From the NCBI GenBank assembly GCA_004764695.1, contig SMSO01000031.1:1340436-1404435 (forward strand): a stretch of 64,000 bases of DNA. The letters are read 5' to 3'. A program made the translations under genes and the position numbers. Positions 1 through 11,117 of the stretch are shown piece by piece. Below the pieces are notes generated by a model. It made no database searches. It saw nothing but the letters and a program-made list of their open reading frames with translations, and had not been told where the DNA came from. Position 1 is the first letter of the stretch, and each line of letters begins with the position of its first letter. Origin of the DNA: Schizochytrium sp. TIO01 (lineage: Eukaryota; Protista; Bigyra: Labyrinthulomycetes).

Positions 1-2
1 TG

Positions 3-713
3 CGCGCACAACGGAGTTCTGTTGATGTTCAGATACAAGCATGCGAGGCATTATCAAACCTTTCTTTAAACAGCAAAAATCAAAGAATCCTAGGACAAGA
101 GCTACACGGGTGCGAAGAAGTTCTGGCTTCTATGCAAGAACATGGAACATCCGAGAGCTTCCAAACCATTGCATGCAGAGCACTGGAAATGTTAGCTTTG
201 GATGAACAAAATCGAATATTGCTAGTGCAGAATTTAAATGGATGTGAGATTCTATTGTCTGCCATGAAATTACATCAGGGGAGCGCGCGTCTACAAAGCA
301 GTGCATACGGAGCCCTGTGGAACATGTCTCATGACTCTCGAAACCGTGAAATTATCGGCCAAGATCTGGACATCATTAACGAAGTCGTGATTGGGATGCG
401 CACACATCGTGACAACGCAAATGTGCAGAAAAATGGTTGCGGCTTATTCTGGAGCCTTTCTGAGGACGATAACAACTGTGTACTTTTAGGGCAAGATATA
501 AAGATCGGCAAAGAGGTTGTAGCTGCTATGCGAGTGCACCAGATGAATGCAGATGTTCAAAATGCAGCGTGCGGCCTGCTACAGAAATTTGCGAAATCTG
601 ATAAGGGTAGAGATATCGTTCTCCAGGATGGTGCTCTCGAGCGCGTGCTTCAGGCATGTGAAAATTTTCCCACTTTAGTGATGTGCACTGCAGCCTTGGA
701 AACTTTAGAGTAG
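3..713 (+). CDS. Armadillo (ARM) repeat protein, 5'-truncated by the window edge
   Basis: The frame is open from nt 3 (RAQRSSVDVQIQACEALSNLSLN...) to TAG at 711-713. It has ~43-aa repeats of the form 'V/L..AM..H...A.VQ..AC..L..L' (e.g. VVIGMRTHRDNANVQKNGCGLFWSLS; VVAAMRVHQMNADVQNAACGLLQKFA), typical of ARM repeats. Confidence 0.88.
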   Translation, partial: RAQRSSVDVQIQACEALSNLSLNSKNQRILGQELHGCEEVLASMQEHGTSESFQTIACRALEMLALDEQNRILLVQNLNGCEILLSAMKLHQGSARLQSSAYGALWNMSHDSRNREIIGQDLDIINEVVIGMRTHRDNANVQKNGCGLFWSLSEDDNNCVLLGQDIKIGKEVVAAMRVHQMNADVQNAACGLLQKFAKSDKGRDIVLQDGALERVLQACENFPTLVMCTAALETLE

Positions 714-789
714 AATTACACAAAATGAAATTTATATGAGCACATCCTATGTTAGGAGAAGGGTCATAAACAAAATACTAAGAATGCCC

Positions 790-1016
790 TTAGTCGATAA
801 GAAGGTTAAGCGCTAATGATATCGTATGAACCACCTTGAACTTTTCTTATCTATCTTCATTCTACTCTTGGCGCGCGTTTGACTTCGTAGCATCCTTGCT
901 GATCTGCCTCTTGATTAGTTTGGTGTTCACGCCGCGTTTCCAGTTTTTTCCAAAAACAGAACAAACACAGTAATAGAAAAGAACTCGTTCGTATGAATGA
1001 ATCCTCCCTACCAACA
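790..1016 (+). repeat. Direct repeat copy 1 (LTR-like)
   Basis: The core 'gcgtttgacttcgtagcatccttgctg..tgcctcttgattagtttggtgttcacg..cgtttcca...ttccaaaaaca...atagaaaagaact..tt.gtatg' is shared with 4600-4825. Minus-strand ORFs 862..1056 and 4659..4844 both read VNTKLIKRQ.SKDATKSNAR. Confidence 0.9.
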
Positions 1017-2254
1017 ACTCGCCCAGGCATCTATCTATCGACACATGACTACACACGTCTGTTCGGAAGGAAATCGCTGATCCTTTTTCGCGACACTACC
1101 CAGCTCGTCCTTAAGAATGCACCATGGAAAAAGAACGCAACAGAGGACCTAGAATACAACTCCCGGGATGCATACCAGAAGCTTGCTACATCAGCTATCA
1201 CCCAAATGAAACAATCAAAGAGTCACTCATCCAAACTCAGATCTTTCCCCTGCTCAACTGAGTCGCCTTACTTGCTTTCAGCAAGGAATTCCGCCCTCAC
1301 AGAAGCTGCTACTTACATGCTGATAGCAATTGGCTTGACAGCCAAGACTCCGCTTCTAACACGGCCATGCCTTGATCTTCACTACGGTGCAAGTTCCCAA
1401 GCCCGAATGGTTGCATCCTTGACAATCTGGAGACAAACCAAATGCTTTTCTACACTCGTCTTCTTTGCAGGAGCACGATGCGCATTTACATAAATTGAGT
1501 ACCACTCCGTCCACTGCGTCAGGCAACGTGCGTCGGTCTGGATCTCCATCCACATGCGCCAGACTATTATGGCAACGACACTTTCGCAAGACTTCATTCA
1601 TTACATGCCACTGCTATTCACCTCAAGCCAGAGCCGGCTGCTCCATTCGACCTCGGCTATGGCGAGAGTGTTCTTAGGGTACCGCGTTACTCGTGCAACT
1701 TCAAGATCAAGGTCGCCACCCTTACCATATACCGACACGGGTTTGCAGATATCGTCCCAGCTTGTACCAACAGCGACTACCAGGATCGCTCCTTGTCATG
1801 CTGTCGAGGGCGCGGTCCCTTGACCAGCAAGCTGTACTGTAGCAAGGTTGCTCCACACTGACAGCGAATCCGAAGCGAAGTTCTTAAAGACAATGAATGA
1901 AAAAGTTAAACTCCCCTTCGAAAAAGGCAAGAAATGGAAGAATGCCTAGACACATACATGCAAGGTCATGAGGAGACATCAGCCACAGGTCGAATCTGCT
2001 CTACTTGATGGCGGCAGCAAAGAAAGCCAAAGACTTCAACCATCGGCTTAAGGGGATCCAAGAGAAACACACTTCCTTATCTTTAGCATTTTCAATTTTC
2101 ATTGCTCACTTTTCATTTTTCACTTTTCTATTCAAGCCTTGTCCTTTTCTCTGTCCACAGAGGCACTTTCCGGACAGACAGTCTTTGCTCAGCTTCCATG
2201 ATTACCTCCTCTCCTGAGAGTAGTTAGTTACTACTACCACGTCAAAAGATCGCT

Positions 2255-4494
2255 GTGCCTGACTTGATTCCCAACGCAATTGATTCCGAACACCATATCA
2301 TTCCAAAGCTAGAACTGGCCTTTTTGCTCGAGGTCACCAGACCCCACCCCCGATCCAAAACCATAACTCATACGCCAGTGAAGTTCGCAAAGTTACTAGA
2401 TCTACGAGCAAACGCAAGGTCGCCAGAACTTCCTACAGACCTTCTCTTTAAACTTCAGCACAATGCCGCGCACGACAAGTAGATTGGTGTCAAAACAACG
2501 TATGTTACCTCAACAGCTTCCCCAAGAACATGTGCGCATGGTTCAGCCAGCCAGGTCTTCCCAGTCAGTAAGATCCTACGCCCAAAAGGTTCACCTACTG
2601 TCTCAAGACAATATAACGCAAGAAGAGATTGCAGAAGAAGAGATTGTAGAAGACGAGATTGCCGAAGACGAGATCGCACAAGACGAGATCGCACAAGACG
2701 AGATTGTAGAAGATGAGATTATTGACGATGGGATTATAGAAGAGGAGGTTGATGAAGAGGAGGTTGATGAAGAGGAGATGGATGACAAGAGGATTTCACA
2801 CAAGAGGATTTCACACAAGAGCAGATTACACAAGAGCAGATCATACAAGAACAAATCAGACAAGCACAAGTCAAACATAAAATTAAAATTATCAATCAAA
2901 AGATCATGCTTCTCCAAGCACAACTTCGCCCCAAACGTAAAAGTGATCTCGTCGTAAAAAACGCGCCTCTTCTAGCCAAAAGGACCAAACAGTCTCCCTC
3001 TGCCTTCAAAACACCTTCTCAGAGTGTAGGTTATGTTATTACTTCTAACAGAAGCCATCAATACGTCAGCAGCTCCACGCCTTTGCAGGCGCCAAAGGCT
3101 ACAAAGTCCTCCTCGACTGTCATGCAGGCTTCTCTCAAAGTAAGTTATGATACCCAATTGAACGGAACTCCTTTGTACTCCTCATGCCAGCACAATATTT
3201 CTAACGTCGGCTTGACTGCGGAACTCTTGCTCGTCCTCCAACCTCGAAACCTTCTCATCCAAAGAACCAACCTAAGCCTAGAGCTGCAACTAGGATACCA
3301 ACACTTTCCTCTTCGAAACAGATCTCACCACATCCTGTGCTACAGCAAAAAGCAAAGACTCATCCGACAACGCCAACGAAAAGCTCCGTTTCTGATTCTC
3401 ATATCTCCCCTGGGTTGAACAACACCCGTCCAACTTCCGCGAACATTTCTAATCGTATGCCTCTCCAGCTTTCGCAGCGCAGGGGCAGCTCCTTACATTC
3501 CTCTTCCTCTTCTTCTAAATCTCCCGACCCTTTTCCTGATAAAGTACTCCCAAGCTCAGCCCGGAAGTACCTGCAAACTTATGAAGTTTACGATAATTCA
3601 GACTTCGACGATGCCTGTCGTGCCGCTGAGATGGCCCAGCTAGCTGATGGCCCGAGCAAAGATGTTCAACTCGAAGACACTTACAGAAACCTCGTCTTCA
3701 GAATCACAGATAAGTACAGATCCCTTTTTTCCCCGTTTAAAGCGACACCCCCAAAACCAATTCGATTCGAGTTTGTTCCTCGAGACCTCACGGAAGAAGT
3801 CCCAGAACCCCATCCGTCTGTTCGAGTTTACGGAGATTATATAGCTCGAAGGGGATTTCCATTGCAAGGCAACCTCGTACAAACCACCACCTCCGACCGA
3901 ATAAAGTCCCGAGCATGCAAGGAATCCGACCTGTACAAATACGAAACACATTTTGTTGTGACTCTGGATACCAAGGAAAAGCGAGCCCAACTTATACTTT
4001 ACATCATTAACCTCTTCTTTTTCACACAGTTCATTGTGCTTACCAATAAAGACCTCGTGCAATACCTCGAAGATCCCTACGAATCGCCCATCCTGAGTAC
4101 CAAGCTCTGGACCGTGCCTGACGTGACCAAATATCAAGCAAGCGCTTTGGACCAAATTCATTCCTTCAAGGAGAACTCTTCCCTTCACATCAGACAGTAC
4201 ATCGACGCAAGATTCAAAGTCGCTTCATTCATACTTCAGGCAGCATTCCCACGTAATAAGTTCCTGTCGCCCATTTCATACTCCCTCGTCATGCAAAGCG
4301 TAAGAACTCTTTATGTTAAAGAGAACCGCAAGTATCTCCTTCACAAGAGTCGCTTTCGACATGTTGGCGACTCGCCGAACCTATGCCACACAGAACTGTG
4401 TTTCTACTGGCCTTTCCAACCTCCATGCAGCGATGACTCCCCCGTGACTTTTCTCGTTCGGGTCGAACCGCCAGGTGAACCCGTCGATTCCTAG
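2255..4494 (+). pseudogene. Frameshifted ~745-codon ORF (acidic repeat, S/P/T-rich linker, intact ~290-aa C-terminal domain) of unknown family
   Basis: ORFs 2255..2482, 2463..2957, 2906..3418 and 3337..4494 overlap end to end. The acidic 5-aa repeat (EEIAE/DEIAQ) continues after a frame switch at ~2785 as EDFTQ-EDFTQ-EQITQ-EQIIQ into the 2906 ORF. The 3337 frame is open from ~3205. Confidence 0.65.
2618..2860 (+). repeat. 15-bp coding tandem repeat (~16 degenerate copies)
   Basis: Units such as gaagagattgcagaa, gacgagatcgcacaa, gaggaggttgatgaa and gaggatttcacacaa. Confidence 0.9.
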
Positions 4495-4599
4495 TTATCG
4501 AAGCTTAAGCTTACCAACTCCTCTTCAACGCATGACTTTTCCAATAGCAACTTCTCTAGCACCTCCTACTTCGTCATCTATGCATGTACTTCTTGTTAA

Positions 4600-4843
4600 G
4601 CTTGGATTGAAAGCTAAAACGCGCACTCCATATCGTGGGGTCGCCCCACTCGACTATCTCATCGATCTTTGTTCCACGTTTTGCGTGCGTTTGACTTCGT
4701 AGCGTCCTTGCTGTTTTGCCTCTTGATTAGTTTGGTGTTCACGCGTTTCCAAATGTTTCCAAAAACATGACACAATGATAGAAAAGAACTTGTTTGTATG
4801 TATGAATGAATGAATGAATACCTACAATAGGGACTTTCTAACA
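4600..4843 (+). repeat. Direct repeat copy 2 (LTR-like)
   Basis: Homologous to 790-1016 and ends in ...TTCTAACA. It includes a small hairpin gtgggg-tcg-ccccac and a (TGAA)n run. Confidence 0.9.
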
Positions 4844-5001
4844 TTTGTAAACTATCAAGTCGAAGAAAGCAAGATAGTTCTCGTTAGTTTCCAAACCTTG
4901 GTAGAGCTACGAGCAAACAAGATTTCTTACAGAGACTTTGTTCTTGTTCTTTCTTCTTCTCCTTGATACGGCTGTGAGAGCCATACCAGGAGCTCGCCAA
5001 G

Positions 5002-7969
5002 ATGGACGACCTCAGCGACATCGTGCAAAGCATCAGACGAGGAAACGCTACGATTAAGTGAGTTGAAGACATGACACGATCTTCAGCGCTTGCGCACTTC
5101 ATTAGATACTCTGAGAAGCGAACGTAGTCATCAACAATGAATGAGAAGGATTATGGTTGCAGCTCTGCATCCCCAGTTGTGGACACCAATGCCAATTCCC
5201 ATCCAGTAGTAAAGAATAAGCGTGGGGGTGTCTATGCACACAGAACAGCAACACTAACTAAAAGTACCCAAACAGCTATTGCATAGATTATTTGGAACGT
5301 GGCGATGTTGCCGAAGAGGTTGGCAAGGCTATACATGAAACGAACACCGTGCAATCATTGACGTAGGTCCATCAGCCTGAACCATGTTTTGGTTTTTTGA
5401 GATCGAATTTGAATTATTTGGCTAACAGCGTATTTTTTACACATACAGACTAACATGTGTTGAAAAGACTCATCTGTCCTTGTCTGGAATACACACATTA
5501 GGGACTGCTATTGGGAGTTCAGGTTCTATTTTAAGTTTGTCGTAGGTTAATAATCTCTTCGCATGTATTGTCCAATTCGCTGAATTCTTTATCAACCATC
5601 TAACCACTACCTTCTCAACTTTCTGAATAGCTTTAACTCAATTGCATTTTCCCTTGAATCTTTTCAGAGGCTTTTCGCTGGTCTTGCAGCAAATAACACA
5701 ATCTCTTCACTGACGTAGGTTCGTAGGAGCTAACAGCCTAGGTAAGGTACCAATACTGACAAATTTTGTATAGATTCCATATATCTCCTCTTTCCTTTGA
5801 ACATGTTGAAATTCTGGCCGATTATCTGAGGCACAATACGGCCTTAAAAGAATTAGCGTAAGTTTATCAGAAAAAGATCGATTGACGATTACAATAGGTT
5901 CTCACTAAACTGTGTCTTATTGCTAAGATAGTCTTCGAAACGTTCAAATTGACAACAGAGGCACTGCAACTCTTGTCAAAGGTTTAAGTGAAGGTTTTAG
6001 TCAAGTAGAGAAACTCAAGTAAGTTGGAAAAACTCGAGTAATAAGCTTTTAGAGTATCAACGCACTCACTTTCTAACGTTTTGTGGATCAAGTTTGTCAG
6101 ACAACAGTATTACGGACATGGGAATATCAACCTTGTCTTTGCTTTTAGACTCTAAACCATTTCTCAAATCACTCACGTAAGTAAGCAGAATCGGATAGAT
6201 ATATCCACGGCATGGTGTTGATGGAACTTTTTATCTAATTCACCTATCGCTTTGACCCCCACAGATTGGTACGGACCAAGTGCGGAGCGGAAGGCTTTAA
6301 AACTTTTACGTCAGCTCTAGCATTAAACCAAGGCTTGGAGGAGGTGAGGTACGTTCACAATTATCGAATGTAAGAGTTGTTTTCGAAAGCTAATTCATTT
6401 GAAACTTATACATGTAGGCTATCCCTGCCACGTCAAGGAATCGACAAGCAGTCATTAGAGAATTTCGGGACTATGTTTACGAAAAACCAAACTTTGAAAC
6501 TATTGTGGTAAGTTTATAAATACTCGTTTAAAGCCAATTCGTAAGCCTGACGAGCTTTGTGATTGGAGTTATCTAGGTTCGAGGACGGAAAGCTCATGCA
6601 CATACACAGCTTGGCTATTGGACTTGCAAATAGTCAGTCGCTTAAGACTTTAGGGTACGTTTTGTCAAGATATAAAAAGTTTTATCAGACACACTGACCT
6701 TTTATTACAGTCTAGTGTCAGTGCATATTGATGACGAAAGCGTCCGGGTCCTCATGGAATTACTGAATGGAAACTGTGTTCTGAAAGAATTGAAGTAAGT
6801 AAAACCGCTTTCACTAAAGAGACGCGAGCCTTACAGCAGCACTGACATTTATCACGCTGAAGCTTGTCGTGGAATCATATTTCAGACTTGGGTGCAAGTT
6901 ACTTAGCCGAGCACTTAAAACGCCAGAATCAGTGTCTCGCTTCTTTGGAGTAAGTTAAATTGTGACAGTTAGAGAGAGGTCTAGACATGTCTCAACATCT
7001 CACTAATGACTCTAAGACGTTTGATAACTTAGCCTCACGCAAAATTCAATTGGGGACCAGGGTGCAGAGATGATAGCTACTGCCCTCAGGATGAACAGCA
7101 CTTTGAAATTTCTTAGGTAAGTTTAAAGCTTTATATAAATGCTCAGATAAGAAGCAGGGAATGAATTACTAATTTGGAGTAACTTATTATCCGGAAGCCT
7201 TGCGAGCAACCGAATTGGAGCCACTGGAGCCAATGCGCTAGCTCGGTCACTTCAAGAAAACAAATCTTTGCAGACCCTGAAGTAAGTTTCTATCTCGTTC
7301 TATCCATGCTTTCCCAATTCTAACACATCAATGTATTGCACTTTGTGGCTGAAATAAACACAGACTTATGAAGAGCTCACTAGAAAAAGACTCATGGGGC
7401 GCGTTTTTAGAGGCCTTAAGAAGCAACCATACCCTTCTTGATCTCGAGTAAGTATCTAAAAGGTATCTCTTAGCAATTCTGAGAAACTCACACATTTGAA
7501 AATTGGTCGCCTTATCTCAAATCTTAGTTATTCAAATCGTTCGAAATATGCTTAGTAAGTTTATGATACTGTTAGAGCAATCATAGAGTAGCTAAAATCT
7601 GACGATTAGATGCATTTGGACAAAATGTATAGTGAGATACATGATGCCTTGGAGTACAACAAGGTCATTGTAGCTTCTCAATCGCGGCTTCAACACCTGC
7701 ACACCATGGAAGTGGTTCGTGCAATTTCTTTACAGTTTCAATTACCCTGCACTGCCCCAAAGATCTCTACAGGAACTTCAGCTTCAAAACGGAAAGCTGC
7801 GCCCAAAGTAGATGCAAAACTGTCCTTCGACGGGACGTCTAGGATATCTGATATTCTACATGAAAAATCTTTGACTCATGCCAAAATCCAAGCTGAGATA
7901 TCACTCATTGAGAAATTGCTTGATGGCTTTACATCTCCTATGCTTGTGCCTTATCTCTTATCGCTTTGA
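5002..7969 (+). CDS. Ribonuclease-inhibitor-like (NLRC3/NOD-type) leucine-rich-repeat protein, 18 exons, ~555 aa
   Basis: Hand-built model: 5002-5057, 5163-5227 (tentative), 5287-5362, 5449-5541, 5631-5714, 5774-5857, 5932-6018, 6093-6176, 6265-6348, 6418-6507, 6577-6654, 6711-6794, 6863-6949, 7033-7116, 7198-7281, 7364-7447, 7528-7554, 7633-7969. This totals 1668 nt in one open frame. Donors are mostly GTAAGT/GTAGGT/GTACGT. The 28-aa repeats include LTQNSIGDQGAEMIATALRMNSTLKFL and LASNRIGATGANALARSLQENKSLQTL. Confidence 0.9.
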
Positions 7970-8148
7970 TAATTAATAGTAATGATTATATAAATTTCTT
8001 CCTTGATGTTGGACTCCTTTCATCTCATTTTGATATGCTTGCCTTTAGAGCTGCAGAATTTTACAAGTTGTAGAAGATGGGAAAACATTGCAAAATGTAT
8101 ACTTCTGCTTTAAAAACTTATCAGACATCGATATAAGGACAAGACAAC

Positions 8149-9216
8149 TTATTCAGCCTTTTGACTCTTCATACTTGAAGCAGAAGGTTTCTTTGGTACG
8201 TCCGAAGGGAAGTATGGAGCAGAAGTACCTCCAGAAATTGAAGGAGTAGCACCGTCAGCAGCCACTTCTGCTGTGGAAGGCATATGCTTAACATTGTAGG
8301 TTGACTTGCCAACACGGAATTCAGCCGGGATATTAAAGGTTAGATACTTTCTACAGAACACATGAAAGCCAACAAATAAACCCATAAAGCCTACAGAGTG
8401 AAAGGGACCCAAACCCGAGTCTAGACCATAATAGTTAATGAGACCTCTGGTACACGCATAACCAAAAAGAGAACCTACAACCACATCGATGACATGATGT
8501 GCATGAAGATAAACACGGCCAAATGCGCTCAGAGCAACACAAAGCCACGATAAGGGGCCAGCGCCATAAGCAGCGAGCACGGTTGAAATAGCTGCCGCAC
8601 CAGCTGCATCACCACTTGGAAACGACTCAAATGCCGTTTCGCCTTCTGTAAGTACATGCTGGATAGACGAAAGACGGCGTGTTACACCCTTAATCTTATC
8701 TGCTAAAGCAATAACGGGGCGCATGCGTCGCGCGGAGATTTTGAAGACATGGCACACGGTTTCTGTGAAGAACCACGAAGACAATGCTAAAGCTGCAGCA
8801 TGTCCTGCGCGTTCGCCCAATAGCAGCTCTGCAAGAAGCGGAATTCCAAACGGAAAGGGCAAGAGAATATACTTTGTCCAAATGTAGATTCGTTTGATTT
8901 CTCCATCGCGCGCAATCTTGAGATATGCGCCTAGGGAAAGCGCAAAGGAGGGCAAAAGCAGAAGTCCGAAGTAGTACTTGCATGACTGAGAAGTAACTTG
9001 AGGGTCGCTCAGGGCAGAAACACCTGCCACTAATAGCGTAATTGAACCCCAAACCATAGGTGGCATTCCAAACCACGTTCCTGGAATGGAGATGAGGTAT
9101 TCCCCTAAAAGACCAGCATCAAGTTTCATGATTGGAAGGCTTAACTTTGCGTCAAAGCTATCCAAAGCGCCATTTTGAGGCCACCACCCAAGGTGATACT
9201 TTCGGCCAATGGACAT
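8149..9216 (-). CDS. PAP2-family (type 2 phosphatidic acid phosphatase-like, PLPP6-like) multi-pass membrane protein
   Basis: 355-aa intronless ORF with several hydrophobic helices. Motifs are C1 KISARRMRP, C2 SFPSGD (canonical PSGH) and C3 GRVYLHAHHVID. Confidence 0.88.
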   Translation of the reverse strand: MSIGRKYHLGWWPQNGALDSFDAKLSLPIMKLDAGLLGEYLISIPGTWFGMPPMVWGSITLLVAGVSALSDPQVTSQSCKYYFGLLLLPSFALSLGAYLKIARDGEIKRIYIWTKYILLPFPFGIPLLAELLLGERAGHAAALALSSWFFTETVCHVFKISARRMRPVIALADKIKGVTRRLSSIQHVLTEGETAFESFPSGDAAGAAAISTVLAAYGAGPLSWLCVALSAFGRVYLHAHHVIDVVVGSLFGYACTRGLINYYGLDSGLGPFHSVGFMGLFVGFHVFCRKYLTFNIPAEFRVGKSTYNVKHMPSTAEVAADGATPSISGGTSAPYFPSDVPKKPSASSMKSQKAE

Positions 9217-11117
9217 TGTCAGAGTTGTTTAATGCTCTGCTTACTCTGGTGACTTTCCTTGACCTTTAAACCCGACAAAGGGTGACTTGATGATTCCCAA
9301 TCCGTCGCTGCAAAGCCTTCTTTCGTTACGACAACAGACAAGCTTGTATACACTTGTGCGAAAATATTACAACAACCCAGAAAGAATCGAGCAAGTGAGA
9401 TTCGCTCTCCTGGAGGTCTGCACTCGTGTCTATTTGGATTTGATCTGAGAGAACCAGAGTTGGACAATCTTTTCATTCAAGACGAAAACCTTTCCTGTTG
9501 TGCCCGAGGTAGCTAATTAGTCATTCTTAGTTAATAGTTAATTAGAGTCCTACATAAAATACATGTGGTTTGGCACCTAGGTGTGGATACTTTTTATAAG
9601 CATCTTGCTGTTACTTCAAGTTGGGGTAATCACTCAAGTTAAAGAATAACGCAATTTAGCTGCTGCAGATGGAAGGCATAATGCTAGAAAAGGAAGTAGG
9701 CCTAAGGGAAATCTACTATCTAACTAACAGGTGTAATATGCCATGGTAAGAGCATGATGGCGTTGATTTACATCGTTACATACGAGACGATGCGTTGACA
9801 ATCGTCAAAAAAGGCAAGTCTTAACATACCATGGTAATATTACTCTAAATGCAACCATCAAGCAGACTACAGAAAATGCAGTGCACACTAGATTGTCTTG
9901 GAGGGGGTGTCAATCACATGAAAAAAGCGGAACAAATATGAAGAACTTTTTACATTAGTGCTGGTTAAGTACACCTTAGGCAGGGTCTTTGACTTTGAAG
10001 GCTCAAAACTAACCAGGCTAGCTTTAGAATCAGTGGCCTGTTTGGAGGGAAAATTTCCGACGATGCCACAACAAATGTTGGAAGTCAACACATTTTATAT
10101 AAAGAAAATGGATTGCTTTAAGCGATAGCTCCTTTCTTTGAATTCTTGTGGCCGAAAAAATGTTTCCTGCTTGTTACGTATAATTCAAAAGCAAATTAAA
10201 AAGGTCACAGAGCAAACTAAAAACATCATCGTGTACTCTTATTTCTACTCTATACTCTTATCTATCTTACAGAGATAAGGATTTTCAGCAGCCTCTTATA
10301 GTGTGTGCCAACAGGTTTTACTTTGCCATCCACAAAACTATTTTGGATACCAGCCTACTATGCCTTCATATCGAAACGAGATCTACAACGGCAACAGGAA
10401 CAACAATAACAAAAATCGATTCAGGAAAACAAAATTTGGTTCCTGATATAATCATGCCCTATTTCCACAGGAATGCTTTTCATCGTTTCGCAGAATACGG
10501 CCGCATGTGATGTCTTTAAATTTTGGTGGATATATAGAATACCCTGTCTTCATGAAAAGGCTTCCATATAAAAGAGATGAAGAAAGATGCCAACGGCAAA
10601 CCCCTGAGCCAAAGAGGTAAGAAAAATGCTTTACACTTGGCCTCGACATCTCTATTGCATTTCAATACAAAATCGTATAGACCGCACAAGATGCTTTCCA
10701 AAATTTCGAGAGCGAGATTTGGTATTTACTCAATACACTGAGAAACGTTTTTGAATAGGCGTTTGGGCAGCCGGGGCTTTGTGCTCCACATCAATAGTCA
10801 ATGGAGCAGTTTTCCTAAGTTGAGCAGCTTACATTTTCCCTCATCAAGTCCATCTGCAGATTTACGCAAGTAGAGTAGGCAACACAAGCATAATGTATGT
10901 ACGCATTTGTATTCAAATATTTTGGGGGGCAGAATTTCGCATTAGCCCTATACAAATCAAATTAGGCCTCTTAGATCCTTATTGCTTCTACCTTGAGTTT
11001 TTTAATCTTCTTTAAATCTATTTAGCTACCTGGGTGAGTGATTTGAAGCTGAAGCGAGTATTTGACTCAAGCTTTCACTTCTTCTGGAGGACGGGTGGAT
11101 GTGCGTAGACTTGTGGT

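Larger units (their letters stand above)
750..4843 (+). mobile_element. Degenerate, internally deleted Ty1/Copia-like LTR retroelement with an extra 3' ORF
   Basis: It is bounded by diverged direct repeats (~750-1016 and ~4594-4843), each framable as TGTT...AACA. Internal remnants resemble Copia integrase (HLHKLSTTPSTASGN ~ H..TTPYTPQQNG; RVFLGY ~ KCVFLGY, 1465-1690) and RNase H (LHTDSES, MPRHIHAR, NLLYLMAAAKKAKDFNHRL ~ NLADILTK..F, 1850-2060). I see no RT domain, target-site duplication or clean PBS/PPT. Confidence 0.55.

Noticed and set aside
7610-7969. Stand-alone 119-aa gene (MHLDK...)
   Set aside because: It is better explained as the last exon of the LRR gene, entered at 7633. Splicing to 7610 would create a TAA.
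9219-9476. 85-aa ORF ending 2 nt before the PAP2 start
   Set aside because: It has no recognisable features and is probably 5' UTR sequence or a chance uORF.
9888-10880. Minus-strand coding-like fragments
   Set aside because: They contain multiple stops, no recognisable motif and no consistent splice model.
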